This document shows, in pieces, positions 12,670 through 26,120 of a stretch of 64,000 nt of DNA. The stretch's first letter is position 1. Every line of letters starts with the position of its first letter. Made by a program: the position numbers and the translations under genes. Below the pieces are notes generated by a model. That model had not been told where the DNA came from. It saw only the letters and a list, made by a program, of their open reading frames with translations, and did no database searches. This DNA comes from Monocercomonoides exilis PA203 (taxonomy: Eukaryota; Protista; Preaxostyla), in the NCBI GenBank assembly GCA_001643675.2, contig LSRY02000044.1:310001-374000 (forward strand), written 5' to 3'.

Positions 12670-14488
12670 ATGAACATGATTCCTAATGCAACTGATGATG
12701 TGCAAATCGAAAGGGAACTATTGTGGGGTTCACCATCTGGACGGAAAATAGAACTTGAGCGAATGAAGAAAGATATGGAATTTGAAAGACAAGAAAAAGA
12801 GAAAAAGCGGCAGAAGCGCATGGAAATGATAAAGAAGAAACAATTAATTGAAAAAATAATTGCAGGAAGACGTAATAGATTTTCGATATGCGAAGAAAAT
12901 GAGTTATATGATTGCTTTAGTAGCCAAACTTTTAAGGACAGTGATAATGAAAAACCTGTGAAAGAAAGATCGAGTAAAATTGAAAACACAAGCTTGCTGA
13001 GAAATAATTTAAGTACTGCTTCTGGCATATATTCAAAAATTGGCTCAACAGTTAACTCGAAAAGCCTAACATCTCAACTAATCCCACTTCTTCCTCTTTC
13101 TCTAATAGATGAAAAAAAGGAAACATTAGAAAAAGATCCAATTTCTTTCAGCATTTTATCTTCAAATTCGCCAGTGCTCCCAATTTCTCTGCAAAACCAG
13201 TTGCTTTTTTCTTCTCAGACAACATTCCGACATAACCGTCGCCAGAATTGCGCTGCTGGAACCACTGCGTTTTCAGAGCGCTATCAAAAGCTGATTGAGC
13301 CAGGGGAGCAACACACACAACGCTGCCGCAGAGCAAACAACCCGTTCGGAAAAACAGCCTTCGGAAAGTCCCGTGGAATATCTCGTTCCCAGTCTGTTTT
13401 TCTGCTCCATCCGCACACATTCATATCAACAGCACGCAACAAGACAGATGCGCCATATAAGGGAGGAGACATGAAAATGCACACGGAGAGGCGGCTGCTG
13501 AGCTACAAAAGCGGAGAAAAAGAGGAAAAAGAGGAAAAAGAGCGAATTCAAGAGAAATCTTTCATTGAGCCAGCATTTTCAGCAGTGAGTACAGTTCACA
13601 CAAGAAGATCTTGTTTTGATTTCAAAGGCGATAAACAAACAGAAAATGTTTTAGCAGCTGAGATGCAGCCAGCTGTGATGACACATTCAGGCGCGCCTGT
13701 GCTGTTTGAAGGGGACGGAGTGACAATTCGACATGCAGCAGATGTGATGGTGTTTTCAGAGTGGCTGAAAGGGGAAGAGAACAAAAGGAGAAGAGAAGAA
13801 GAAGCGAAAAGGAAGATGGAGGAGGAGGAGGAGGAGAGGATGCTGAAGGTGCAGAAGAGAAGAGAGGAATGGAGAAATAGATTGAAATGTGTGTGACTTT
13901 ATGAATCACATTTTCAAATTTTTTGTTTTATTTTTTTTATTTTTAAAGGTCATCTTTAATATTGTTTGTCAAAATTCTTGTCTTTGGGGCAAAAAAGATG
14001 CTTTCACAATAAATATGTGAAAAGTTTCAAGAAGATTGGCTTATTTTATTCATTGAGTATTTTGTTATTTTGTACAAAGCAATTTTTTGTTCATTTAGAA
14101 ATTGATAGAAACGGTTATTTAAAAGATATTTTATTGACTATCTTTTGTCTTTGTGCATTCATTTTTCTTTTCTTTTCTTTTCTTTTCTTTTTAATAATAA
14201 CAATAATAATAATAATAAATTAGATCGACAAGAGCTGAGACAGAAAAGAGCAGAGTATGTGGGAGAGCCATTTGCAGTCACAAAACAGAAACGATCCGCA
14301 ACATCACTCAGAATGGCAAGTTCTGCTTCTCCTTCTCCAGACGCAAAACAATCAAATCATATGAAGCAATCACTTGCTCATACTGCTTCATCTTCAAGTT
14401 CTTCTTCTTCTTCTTCTTTTCCTTCTCTTTCTCGCTCTAATTTTGTTTCTTCTTCTTCTCCTCCTCATCCTACTACTACTACTACTAC

Positions 14489-14519
<31 letters not shown>

Positions 14520-15857
14520 CTTGTCACATCTGCAGACACTTTTTCCATTGCTTCTCCAAAAGAGCTCTTATCAACACAACCTTCAAAGCAAAACGCTCTT
14601 TCAACACCAATTCATTCACCAATTAATTCATCATCATCATCTTCTTTTTTCCCTTCTTCTTCTTCTCTTTCTTCACCTCCTCCTTCTCTTTCTTCTTCTT
14701 CTTCTTCTTCTTCTTCTTCTCCCTCTTCCTTGCACAGCCGCGCCTTCATTGTCTATCTGCAATACAAGCGCCGTGTGCTGGCTGCACTCAAAAAGGAGGA
14801 AGAAAGCCGTTCTGCTGCTTTGGCTGCGAAACAGACAGAAATTGAGTGCCGAGCAAAAGCAGCGGGGAGGGCAGTGACACGAGTCGAATTGAGAGAGCTG
14901 GAGAAGCAGGCAGCGAAGGACGAGGCAGAAAGAGAGGAGCGGAGGAAAGAGGTGGAGTATGAGCTGGAGATGGCGAACCCGTATGCGCTGGAGGAGCGGA
15001 AGAAGCAGCTGGAAAGAGAACTGGAGGAGGAGAAGAGGAAGGCGGAGGTGTGGATGGAGCGGTGGAAGGAGAGGGTGGAGAAGGAGAAGGAGAGGGAGAG
15101 GATAGAGGCAGAGCAGAAGAGGAAGGAGAAGGAGAGGAAGGAGAGGGAAGAGAGAGAGAAGAAGGAGAGGGAAGAGAAGGAAAGGATGGAGCAGGAGAAG
15201 AAGAGAGGAAGATTGTGGGCTGTAACATCAATGAAGAAGAAGAAGAAGAAGAAGAAGAAGAAGGAAACGAAGGAAAATGAGAAAGAGAAAGAGAATGAGA
15301 AAGAGAAAGAAGGAGCGGAGGAAGAGGATGAGGAAGAAGAGAAGGGAAAGGAGAATAAGGAAGAGAAAGATTCATCAAATGCAAATGAGCATTACGAAGA
15401 GGCAAATGAAGAGGGAGATGAAGAAGAAAAAGGGAAGAAGAAAGAGAAAAGCAAAAATGATGATGAAGATGATGATGGAAATGAATGTGAGGAGAAGGAA
15501 GAAGAAGACGAACTCGTTTCTGGTGAACGCAGAGGAAAGAAGGGAAATGAAGAAGGAGAAGGAGAAGAAGAAGAAGAAGAAAGAGAAGGAGAAGGAAATG
15601 AAAACGAGAGAAGAGAAGAAGAGAATGAAGAAGAGGAAAGAAAAAATGTGATGCTTCGAATATTGTTTGGCAGAGAAAAAAGAAAAGAAGATGAGAAAAG
15701 CAAAGAAAAAGAGCACATAACAGAAGGAGAAGAAGGAGAAGAAGATGGTTATGATGGATACGAAGGAGAGGAGGAAGAGGCAGAAGAAGAAGAAAAGGAA
15801 GAAGCTGATGCAAGTTATGAAAGAGTTATTGAAGAAGAGGTGGAAGATGAATATTAA
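12670..15857 (+). CDS. Hypothetical low-complexity / coiled-coil protein, ~950 aa, 2 exons (12670-13888, 14224-15857)
   Basis: ORFs 12562-13896 and 14145-15857 join in frame (T|AT = Tyr; ...RLKYRQELRQK...) across a 335-nt GT-AG intron. Poly-Ser and E/K/R-rich tracts. Start ATG 12670 is preferred over 12562, whose leader looks like UTR. Confidence 0.7.
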
Positions 15858-16389
15858 TCAAATGAAGGTGATGAAAGCGAAAGAGAAAATGGTGATGGAA
15901 TGCTGTCACAACGTTTCCGACTGAAAGAAGAAGACAAAAACTTAAAAATCGAATAGATCAAAAAGCTAATACATAAATGCTTTGTGGAAAGAGCTTTTGA
16001 TTAGAAACTGAATTTCAATAGAAATTATCTTTTTCTTAAGAAAAAAATTTTGACTCACAGTAGAGCGCTATCTTCATGGAATATATTTGTATGTAAAATT
16101 TACAAACGAAAACTTACAATTATATCTTTTATAAGTCTTAATTTGAATATTTACTGATATTTTTTATGTTTCAAATTATAATCATATATGTATTTTGCAG
16201 ACACATCACTTTTTTGAAAATTAATGTTGAGTTTTCTTTTATTTTATAGTTCTTTTTAATAATAATGTTGCACACTGAAATAGTAAAGATAATAAGTGTT
16301 TGAATTAAAGAATATGTGATCAAACCAAAATATAAATAGATAGTTGTTCAACTCAAATCTTGAATTGTGCGTTTCCCGTCAATTGAAAC

Positions 16390-19300
16390 ATGCCCACAAC
16401 AAAGCAATTGACAGAAGTACAAAGAATAGAAAAGCAATTGAACTATCATCTCGCAATGGGGATTAGTCGTCTTCTGTTCGTTGTGATGAACTACCCTACA
16501 TCATTTCGGGACGTTGAGGATTTACACTTTTCGCTCATGTGGAACGGAGATATAAAATCAATGCACATATACTCTATGGAAAGGGAAGATAAACTGCACC
16601 ATAGGATCCGCTCTAAAGGAGAGAATTTTGAATTTGATAATGTTTATTTAGCAGACGAACGATTTCCAAGAAAAAGGATCGCATACATTGCGCACCGTAG
16701 AGATTATTGGAGAAACAGAATGAAGTTAGCGATGAAGAAGCAATTACAAGAGAATGTTCTTCACATTGGCGTTTCAACATCGGAAATACTGAGAGTGTAT
16801 TTGATGACAATACGCGTTTTACCGATTATAGATGATTCAAATATTGTTGTTGATTACGTCCTTCCAGATATTAGACGATATCTTCGTCGTCGTTCTGATG
16901 CTCCTTCAGCAGTTTTTGATCTTCTTTTAGATGATGCTAAGTGCCAATCCTTTCTAAAGGACAAAACAGAAAACAGCAGCGAGCCAGTTATAAATCCTCT
17001 TAAAAAACGAACTCGATTCGTTCATCAGTCAGTTGCTCCAGCTCTTGCTATGCGAAGTCCAGAAGCGAGTCTGAATCATGTCTTGGGAGATGCTCCGCAG
17101 CACTACCATCCATTTTCATCCGAAGAGGATTCGCCTTCCTCCGACAAGACGATTCAGTGCCTGTACGGAGACACAAGTCTGCTGAAGCGGGAGGACGTGC
17201 AGAAGCTGGAGAAAGATATGTTCCTGCGAGGCTCGCCAGAAGAGCTGGTGAGGCGCTGGACGCCGTCTTTGACGCGAGCGGTGGGCAATTCAATGGCAAG
17301 TGAGTCTCTTTTTGCGAACATGATGGCGATCTACAGGACAACCGACACGTTCATCAGGACATTCGCACGGCAGTTCGCAAAGAGGCTTCTGAGCGGATGG
17401 GAAAAGATGCACAATCCACAGAAAGTGAAGGAGCTGCAGAGTGAAATCAGGGTATCGATGGATTTGTCTGATGAGTGTGGGCAGATGAAGATGAAGATGG
17501 AGATGGATGAGGAAGAGAAAAGGGAAGGGGAAGGGGAAGGGGAAAGAAAAGATTCAAAAGTAGTTGCTTCAGCTGAACAGCAGGACAATCTGCTGCATCC
17601 ACCAAAAGACAGCCAATCAATTCCAAGTGCATATTCTGTCTACAACATCAAAGCAGAAGAGAAAGACATAGAGAAATTGAAGCACTATTTTGATGAGGAG
17701 CTTCTGAGGGAGTGTGTGGTGATGCTGCAGGATATGACTGCTTCACAGCGCTGTGCAGTTGCATGGGTTGTGTTTGTGGAGAGGAGAAAGAAGGCGATGG
17801 AAGAATCGTGGGAGAAGGCGATGGAAAGGATGCAAAGGAGAAATAAGGCGAAAATTGAGGAAATAGAAGAGAATGGTGAAAACAAAGAGCAATCAACGCA
17901 AAGAGCGAAAAACAATGAAAATATTCTTTTTGAATCAACAAATACACCAAATGCAACAAATGTATTTAACCAGCCAAAACTGAATGGCAGTATAAGCAAT
18001 GATAGAGCATGGGATCCTTTAGCTTCTCTTGCGTCTTCAGAAGTGAGTGAGGCAGAGACGGTGCAATTGGTGCCACACCCAGCAAGCATGCTGTCTGATC
18101 TGAATGACACTCTCACACAGAGAGTGAGGGAGGATGGGGCAAACAGAGGAGATGATGAGGAGGAGAATGTTGATGATGGGCGAATGATTGAAGACAAACC
18201 AGCAGTGAATGAAGCAAATGGAGGAGAATGCGATAAAAATGGAACAACTTCAAAATTAACAACAACAAACGATGCTTCTTCTTCTTCTTCTTCAAACAAG
18301 AAATCCTTTTCATTAAGTGCAATATTCCCTTCCTCAGTTCCGACTGATGTGCTGCTGAGTGTGTTTGTACCTGTTGTGGTGTCAGCTGATTTCTGGCCAG
18401 CAGCAATGCTTCGAAGTGGGAGTGATCTGATTGAGATGGAAGAGAAGAGAGAATTGGCAGGGGTGGGTGGAAGGAAGGGGGAGATTAATGGAGAAGCAGA
18501 GGAAGAGGCAGAGGCAGAGAAAGATGAAGCTGAAAGGGAGAATGGAGATGGAGGAGAGGAAGAGGAAGAGAATGAGGATGATGAAGAGGAGGAGGAGGAG
18601 GAGGAAGCAAATGAGGGAGGAGAAGGAAGAGGAGGAGAAAACAACAAAGAAGGCGAAAGTGATTTGCTTAATTCAAGAAAAAAGAAGAGGACGAGAAGTG
18701 AAAGAGAAAAAGGGAGAGGAAGAATAAATCCTTCAAATGATGCGTTGTCTGCGCATTCAGAAAGATCAGCCAGAACGTCCTCGCAAAAGAGAACCTCTCG
18801 AAAATGGCACGAAATTGCGTCTGAAACCGAGAAAACAGCCAAAAAACGCTCTCCTCTTCAGATGCTGAGGTATCGGGATGGCAAGCTGACTCTTGTTCCT
18901 GTGTCTCCGATGCATACACCTTCTCCTTCTTCCTCTTCTTCTTCTCTCTCTCTCCTCTCTGACATCTCATCCACAATGCACAGCGCTCCTGGAAGAGTTC
19001 GAAATTCTGCTTCTTCTTCTTTTTCTTCTTCTGTTTCTTCTTCTTCTTTGTCTGCTTCTCGAAATTCTTCCTCTTCCTCTTCCTCTCGCAATTCTTCTGC
19101 TTCTTCATTAAGTCGATTATCAACGTCTTCTTCTTCTTCCTCCTCTTCTCTTTCTTCCTCTGCCTCTTCTGCTTCTCGTCGAGCAGCTCAATTGTCCAGT
19201 TCAAGAACAAGAAATTCTGCTGAAAGAAATCAAAACAATCTTCATCTAATGCATCCTTCTAGTGAACCACGAAATTTCACTCCTTCTTCTTCTTCCTCCT

Positions 19301-19491
19301 CTTCTTCTTCTTCTTCTTCTCTTTCTTCTCTTTCTTCTTCTGCTTCTTCTATCAGAAGAGCAATTCTTCCTTCTCCCACTCAACTTTCTTCTCTTTCTGC
19401 CTCAAGATCTTCCAATCGATCATCCCAAACACTCCAAACAAGTGAAAACATGCAAATTCCTATTGAAAGTACACAAATTTCATCATCATCT

Positions 19492-19526
<35 letters not shown>

Positions 19527-20370
19527 CTCTTCCTCTTCTTCTTCCACTGATCCTCTTCTTTCCAGCCACTCTCCTTATCATCTTCCTCTCTCCTCTCTCT
19601 TCCCCAGCATCTCCCCTGAAAGCATCTCTCATTTCTCTCTCTCATCTCCTTCTGTCTTCCTCCTCCCAAACTCCATGGCTTCTCCTTTTGCTTCGTATTA
19701 CCCTCCTTTCATCGCATCCTCTGAAACATACTTCTCTTCTTCGGCTCCTCTTCCTCCGCCTGTCCCTTCGAATGCACTGCAATCAACCCCATCATCATCT
19801 TCTTCTTCTTCCTCTCTTTCTCCTTCTTCTTCTTCTTCTTCTTCTGTTTCCAATAGTTTGGCTGCCACTGCCCCACTCCCATCAACCTCATCTACTTCAA
19901 TTGCTTCTTCTTCAGCCATTCAACAAGTGCCATATACACAACCAATTCCTTCTCATTCATCATTCAATGTGAAAATGCCTTCTTCTTTCTCCTCCTCTTC
20001 TTCTTCTTCTTCTTCTTCTTCTCTTCAACAACAAGATATTCATTTGATTGATAAAAGCCCAAACTCAAACGTTGTTCTAACTTCTCTTTCTTCTCCAACA
20101 AACACTCAGATTTCATTGCCATTTATATCTTTTCCCTCTTCTTCTTCTTCTTCCTCTTCCTCTTCCTCCCCCCTTCCCCCAGAAGAATTACAAATATCTG
20201 AATATCACCATAAGCTTATCAAATATCCAGAGCATTGTGTGGAAGTGGATGGACTTTATGTTCCCAATTGGATGGGGTCGCTGTTAATTTCATATGAACA
20301 ACATTTCGCAGAGACAAAAGAAAGAAGAACAGTCGAATGGCATCTCGGACAATGTGTTGTGTCTTTAGAG

Positions 20371-20427
<57 letters not shown>

Positions 20428-21418
20428 GAGAGAGAGAGAGAGAGAGAGAGAGAAATGAGGCGATAATTATTATGAATATGGAAATCGAAAAAGAAAAAGA
20501 AAAAGATACATTTTTTTTATATTTTTATTGTTTGCTTATAAGTTTTAAACATTCTGTGCTTATTGTCAATATGACTTTGTATTTTTTTATCACAATATTT
20601 TGATCAACTCGTATCATTTGACATTTTAATCTTTTTCTTTCTCCTTTATTTATAATAATAAATAATATATTTATTTATGATAAATTTGAATATTTCAGAT
20701 TGAAGATGATGATGGCTCCTCATCCTCACTTGATGTTCCTCTGTTGTATTTCCTTGTTCTCCTCCCCTTTTTCAAAGAGCCAATTTCATTGCTGTCTGAA
20801 AAGAGAGAAAGATATACGAGAAGAATGAAGGCTTTGGAAGAAGCAGAAGAAAGAGAAAAAGAGAGAGAAAGAGAAAGAGAAAGAGAAAGAGAAAGAGAAA
20901 GAGAAAGAGAAAAAGCTAAAACCAAAAAAGAGGAAGAGGAAGAAAAGATGAGAAGAAGAGCTGTTAATGATGAAAGAGAAAGGAATAAAGAAAGAAGTGA
21001 AATGGTTAATGCTGAATCATCTTCATCTTCATCTTCATCTGTTTTGAATATGAAAGAGGGAAATGATGCAAAAGACATGGAGAAATTAACAGTTTCAGAA
21101 AGAGAACAAAAGATTTCTGATGTAAATTCGACATCAACTCCATCTTCTTCTTCTTCTCTTTCTTCCTCTTCTTCTCCTTCTCCTTCTTTTCCCTCTCCCT
21201 CTTCTTCTTCTTCTCTTTCTTCTTCTTCTCATCCTCCTTCAACAAGCACTTTATTCCCTCCAGCCACACCTGATGTTCAGCGTGTGCTGCAAACACCTTC
21301 AAAACAGATAGAAAAAGAAATCAATTCAGAAATGCAACAATCAAATAGAGAACATTCTTTATTTACTCCTCCTCCTCTTTCTTCTTCTTCCTCTTCTTCT
21401 TCCTCTTCTTCTTCCTCT

Positions 21419-21450
<32 letters not shown>

Positions 21451-21475
21451 CTCCTCTTCTTTCCCTTTCTCTTCT

Positions 21476-21516
<41 letters not shown>

Positions 21517-21991
21517 TTCTTCTTCTTCTCTCCCATTCTCCACACCACAAGTAGAACAAGTTCATCCCATCAGCATTGCAACTCCTTCTTCTGATCAGAA
21601 CAACACAAATAATTCCATTCAAATACCCAATCCATTTGCTGATGGCTCCATTGGCACATTTAATGTTACTTCTTCCTCTTCCTCTTCCTCTTCCTCTTCT
21701 TCTTCTTCTTCTCTTTCTCTTCCTTCTCCCTTTCCCAACCCTTTCCAATCCGCTTTGTCTGATCAGAATCCATTCCATGGCATTCCTTTTGTCTTCTCTT
21801 TTGCTCCTTCCACAACTCCTTCTGAACACTTCCGCTCTTCTTCTGCTGCTTTGTTTAGCACTCCAAGCAATATCACTTCTTCTTCCTCTTCCTCTTCCTC
21901 TTCTCTTTCCTCTTCTTTCTCTTCTTCTCCTTCCTCTTCTCCTTCTTCTGCTTTGATGGCTGATGCTGCTTTTCTAACTCCAATGGCTTCT

Positions 21992-22023
<32 letters not shown>

Positions 22024-22602
22024 AAATGCTTTTCCTTTCTCTTCTCCTTCTTCTTCTTCTTCTTCTTCTTCTTCTTCTTCTTCTTCTCTTTCCTCTTTTT
22101 CCATCATTGCCCAATCTTCCACTTTATCTTCAATGCCTTCTTTGTTTTCTGCTTCTTCTTCTCTTTCTTCTTCTTCCTCTTCCTCTTCCAATCCTCAATC
22201 AAAGTTCAATGAAGATTTCTTTGCAAAAGCTCTTCGAATAGCAGAAGAAGAGAGAAAAGAGAAAGAGAAAGAGAAAGAGAAAGAAACAGAGAAAGAAAGA
22301 ATATCAACACAATTTCAGATACAGAAAGTGCAAATGGATGAAGTTAATAGACAAAGAGAGAGAGAAAGAGAAGGAAGAGAAAGAGAAGGAAGAGAAAGAG
22401 AAGGAAGAGAGAGGAAAGAGAGAAGAAATGGAATGAATTCATTTGATGAGATTGGAAACGAGGTGATTTCAGTGCAAAAGCAGAGGAGGTTTGTGCAGCA
22501 GCTGAATACAAACAGAAATGAAGGAGTTGCCAGAAGAGAAGGAGAACTGGTTGTTCGTTCAGTCAGAAATGAAAGAGAAGAAAGAGAAAGAGAAAGAATA
22601 AG

Positions 22603-22633
<31 letters not shown>

Positions 22634-24126
22634 GAAGAGGAAGAGAGAGAAAGAGATGAGCAAGTTGTTGACATGTTCAGAAGCACAGAAATGGAAGGCG
22701 ACAGAAGAAGAGCCTATACAATAGACAATCTGTGTGTTATTACTCATCTTTCGAGAAGGATGGTCGAGAAAATACTGAGTATGAATAAAATGAGTTTATT
22801 TTATTTTCCTTTTCTTATAAGTTTATTGTTGATTCTATATGTATTTGTGAGTGTTTTTGAGAAAGAGACTTTAAATTTATTTTATTTTATTTTATTTTTG
22901 AATGAAGTATTTTGAAATGAAGACGATATGTTTTGTTTTATGAAACAAGTTACATTTTTTAACTGTTTATATAATTGAACTATTTTCAATATACCTTCAT
23001 GAATGTTTCTGTTCCTCTTTTTTTGATTGCGATATTTCACTCTAATTTATTTATTTATTTATTCCTTCTCCTTTTCCCCAATAACAAACAGGGTTTTGGT
23101 GTTCTCACGATGTCTTGCAGGACTCAAAAGGAGTGTTCAGAGTGAAACAGACACAGTTTGTAGAAGGAATAAGAGAGCAACTGAACGAAGGAATGATCGA
23201 TGCGCCTGCAATCATCTATCAGAATCAGCATCAACACACCTCTTCTGATGGAGAGAGAGAGAGAAATGAGGAAGGAAGGGAACTTTCTGCTTCTGATTCT
23301 TCTTCTGTTTCTGCTTCTGCTTATGTGAATGGGATTGAGATTGAGACGGGAATGAGGAAGAATGTTGATTCTTCTTCTTCTTCCTCCTTCTCCTCCTCTT
23401 CTTCTTCTTCTTTCTCATCATCTTCCTCTTCTTTCTCTTCTTCTCTCTCTTCTCTCTCTTCTCCCGTCCTTTCTGACTCGTCTCGCTCCCATCTGGGTAT
23501 TTGGATGCCCTTCAGCCAGCAGACACAGCTGATGATGAAAGCAGACAAGGCAACAAGGCAAATGGCAATGAATGCTCCTTCGTTGGCTGATGGAGATAAA
23601 CAAAACATGAATGTGAATGTTTTAACTTCTGTTTCAGGGGAAAGAGATGGAATAATAACACAATCGTTTGGTTCAGATGCTAATAATAACAATAAACATG
23701 ACAATAAATTTGATAATAATAATAATACTGTCACAAACACTCGATTAAACACAAAGTTGAATGTAAATGTTAACTTAAACACAAACACGAACACGAACAA
23801 TAACACATACACACCATTTAGCGCTTCCTCTTCTTCTGCTTCTGCTTCTTCTTTTTCTTCTTCCACAAACACATTCACAAACACTAACACAAACACATCT
23901 TCACATTCGCTTCCACCACCACCTCCTCCTCACTCATCTTCTGCTTTTATGTCATTTCCTCTTTCTTCCCCTCTTCCTTCTTCTTCTTCTTCTCTTCAAA
24001 TGAGTGTGGATGCACAAACATATTCGGGATTGTCTTTAAACCCAAAAGTTACGCCTCCTCATCGATTGTCTCGTTCTTCCTTCTCTTCTGCTTCTTCTTT
24101 CCCTTCTTCGTCTTCTTCTCTTTCTC

Positions 24127-24157
<31 letters not shown>

Positions 24158-26120
24158 TTCTTCTCTTGTCATATCCACACTCCCAACTGATTCTTCTCGT
24201 GCTTCAACCAATCAGATGCAGCTGTTTCCTCATTCTGCTGCTCAATCTCGCTATTATCCTTTAGCTTCTCCTTCCTCCTCCTCCTCTTCCTCTTCCATTT
24301 CTTCTTCCTCCTCTTCTTCTACAACTTTATCTCTTTCTCCCACATCTTCCATACAACACACCACAAACACAGCACCACACTCAATATCACCTTCTTCTTC
24401 TTCTGCCCTTCCTACGTTCTCTCGGTATGAAATTCCTTCTTCTACTTCTTCCTCTTCCTCTTCCTCTTCCTCTTCCTCTTCCTCTTCCTCTTCCTCTTTA
24501 TTTGTGACTTCTCCAACAATGGATGCAAATTTGGCATCCCTCTCTGCTGTTAAGAATGCTCCTGAGAAGTCAATCTTTGCTCTTTCGTCGCCTTTCCCAC
24601 AGCAACACAGAGAAAGCACACACTCTCTGTCTTTATTTGGACAGAATCCTTCTTATTCTTCTTCTCTTCCTTCTTCTTCTTCTTCTTCTTCTTCTTCTTT
24701 TTCTTCTTTTTCTTCTTCTTCTCTCTCTTCCTCCACCACACATCCCCTTCACACCCAGCAGCCGCTGCAGACACAGCCAGTTCTCTCGGCGCCATCAGCG
24801 CCTTCTTCATTTGTCGGATCAAACAACTTAGCAACACCAGCTGTGACGACAGCTAAACACTCCATGTTGCTTCCTTCTCTTCTTCCTCTGTCCCTGCCAC
24901 ACAACCTCGTCTCCACGGGACTCACGCCATCACCCATGCAGCATTCATCGGGATCTTTGTATATTTCTTCTTCCTCGTCCTCCTCTTCATCTTCGTCTAA
25001 TTCTTCTTCTTCTTCTTCCTTTTCTTCTCCATCTTCCTCCTCCTCTTCTTCCTCCTCCTTCCCTTTCAACAGCTTTTCTGCTGACACACAACAGACCCCT
25101 TCAAACTCTGCCTCTTTTCTCAACATTTCCTCCTCTTCTTCCTCCTCTTCTCCTTCTCCATCTTCTGATATGACTTTTCCTTCATCTGCCCTCAGTGCCT
25201 CTTCTGGCGTCACAAGCAGCCTCTTCCTCAGCACTCCCTCAAGCGCCTCCTCTCTCTTTGCCTACGGGCGCCCTTTTGCCCAATTGTCTGCCCTTTCTTC
25301 TGGACAATCTGCAGATGATTCTTCTGCTTCGAATTCTTCTTCTTCTTCTTCCTCCTCCTCCTCTTATAGTTCTTCCTCTTTGCCTGCAGATGCTTCTCAG
25401 ATCTCCGGCCGAGCCAACCGCCCTCAAAACATTCCATTTGACGACTTTTCTGTGCCTCTTCTGACACACACGGGGTCTGTTTCTGTGCCTGATGCACACA
25501 CGCTGCTAGGGATACCTAGTGAAGATAATGACTCAGACGAAGAGGAAGGAGAAGGAAGAGGAGGTGGAGAAGGTGGAAGAGGGAGAGGAAGAGGGAGAGG
25601 AGGAAGAGGCCGGCAATTAGAAATAGAGCGTGTGATGAGTGAGTTCCATCCGTATATTCGGAATGTGCTTGCTGCCAATCCATCGATGAGTCTGAAAAAG
25701 CTGCATGAATTTCTGCTGCGCTTTGCACTGCCAGCAGGCTATCCATCAAAAGTGCACTCTCAGGAGATGGTGTGTTGAGAAGGATAATTGCTGTTATTAT
25801 TAGTTTTATTTTATTTTATTTTATTTTATTTTTTATTTGTTTTTATTATTATTATTATTATTAATTAATTAATTAATTAATTAATTAATTGTATTTGTTA
25901 ATTTTTTCTCATATTTGTTATTCTCTTGCTCAAATAAAAAATTATCATTTCTTTATTTTTTCCCCCACTCTTCTCTCCTTTCAATTTCATTGCCTTCTAT
26001 TTATAATCCTCTTCTCATTCATTTTCATTCAAGCTTGCTGAGTATTTAGCGCCTCGTGTGACCTCGGGTGAATTTCAGTGCACCAACGGATTGTACAGCT
26101 TGGAGCCTCAACAGAAATAG
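16390..26120 (+). CDS. ANAPC2: Anaphase-promoting complex subunit 2 (cullin), ~2,941 aa, 4 exons (16390-20370, 20699-22778, 23092-25769, 26034-26120)
   Basis: APC2 motifs occur in canonical order: VLHIGVSTSEILRVY..IRRYLRRRSD; AIYRTTDTFIRTFARQFAKRLL; IEKLKHYF..CVVMLQDMTASQR; VVSADFWP; YEQHFAETKERRTVEW..VSLE|IE; YTIDNL..ILRFWCSHDVL; C-terminal WHB FHPYIRNVLAANPSMSLKKLHEFLLRF..LAEYLAPRVTSGEFQCTNGLYSL. All three introns are GT-AG and preserve frame. Confidence 0.9.
20371..20453. repeat. Compound (GT)n-(GA)n microsatellite starting at the 5' splice site of APC2 intron 1
   Basis: Directly visible: about 25 GT units followed by about 13 GA units. Confidence 0.95.
25804..25890. repeat. Compound (TTTTA)n/(ATT)n/(TAAT)n microsatellite in APC2 intron 3
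   Basis: Directly visible. Confidence 0.9.

Noticed and set aside
14374-25749. Many overlapping or antisense ORFs (poly-Leu, poly-Glu, poly-Lys/Arg)
   Set aside because: Shadows of (TCT)n/(GAA)n coding repeats, which lack stops in other frames.
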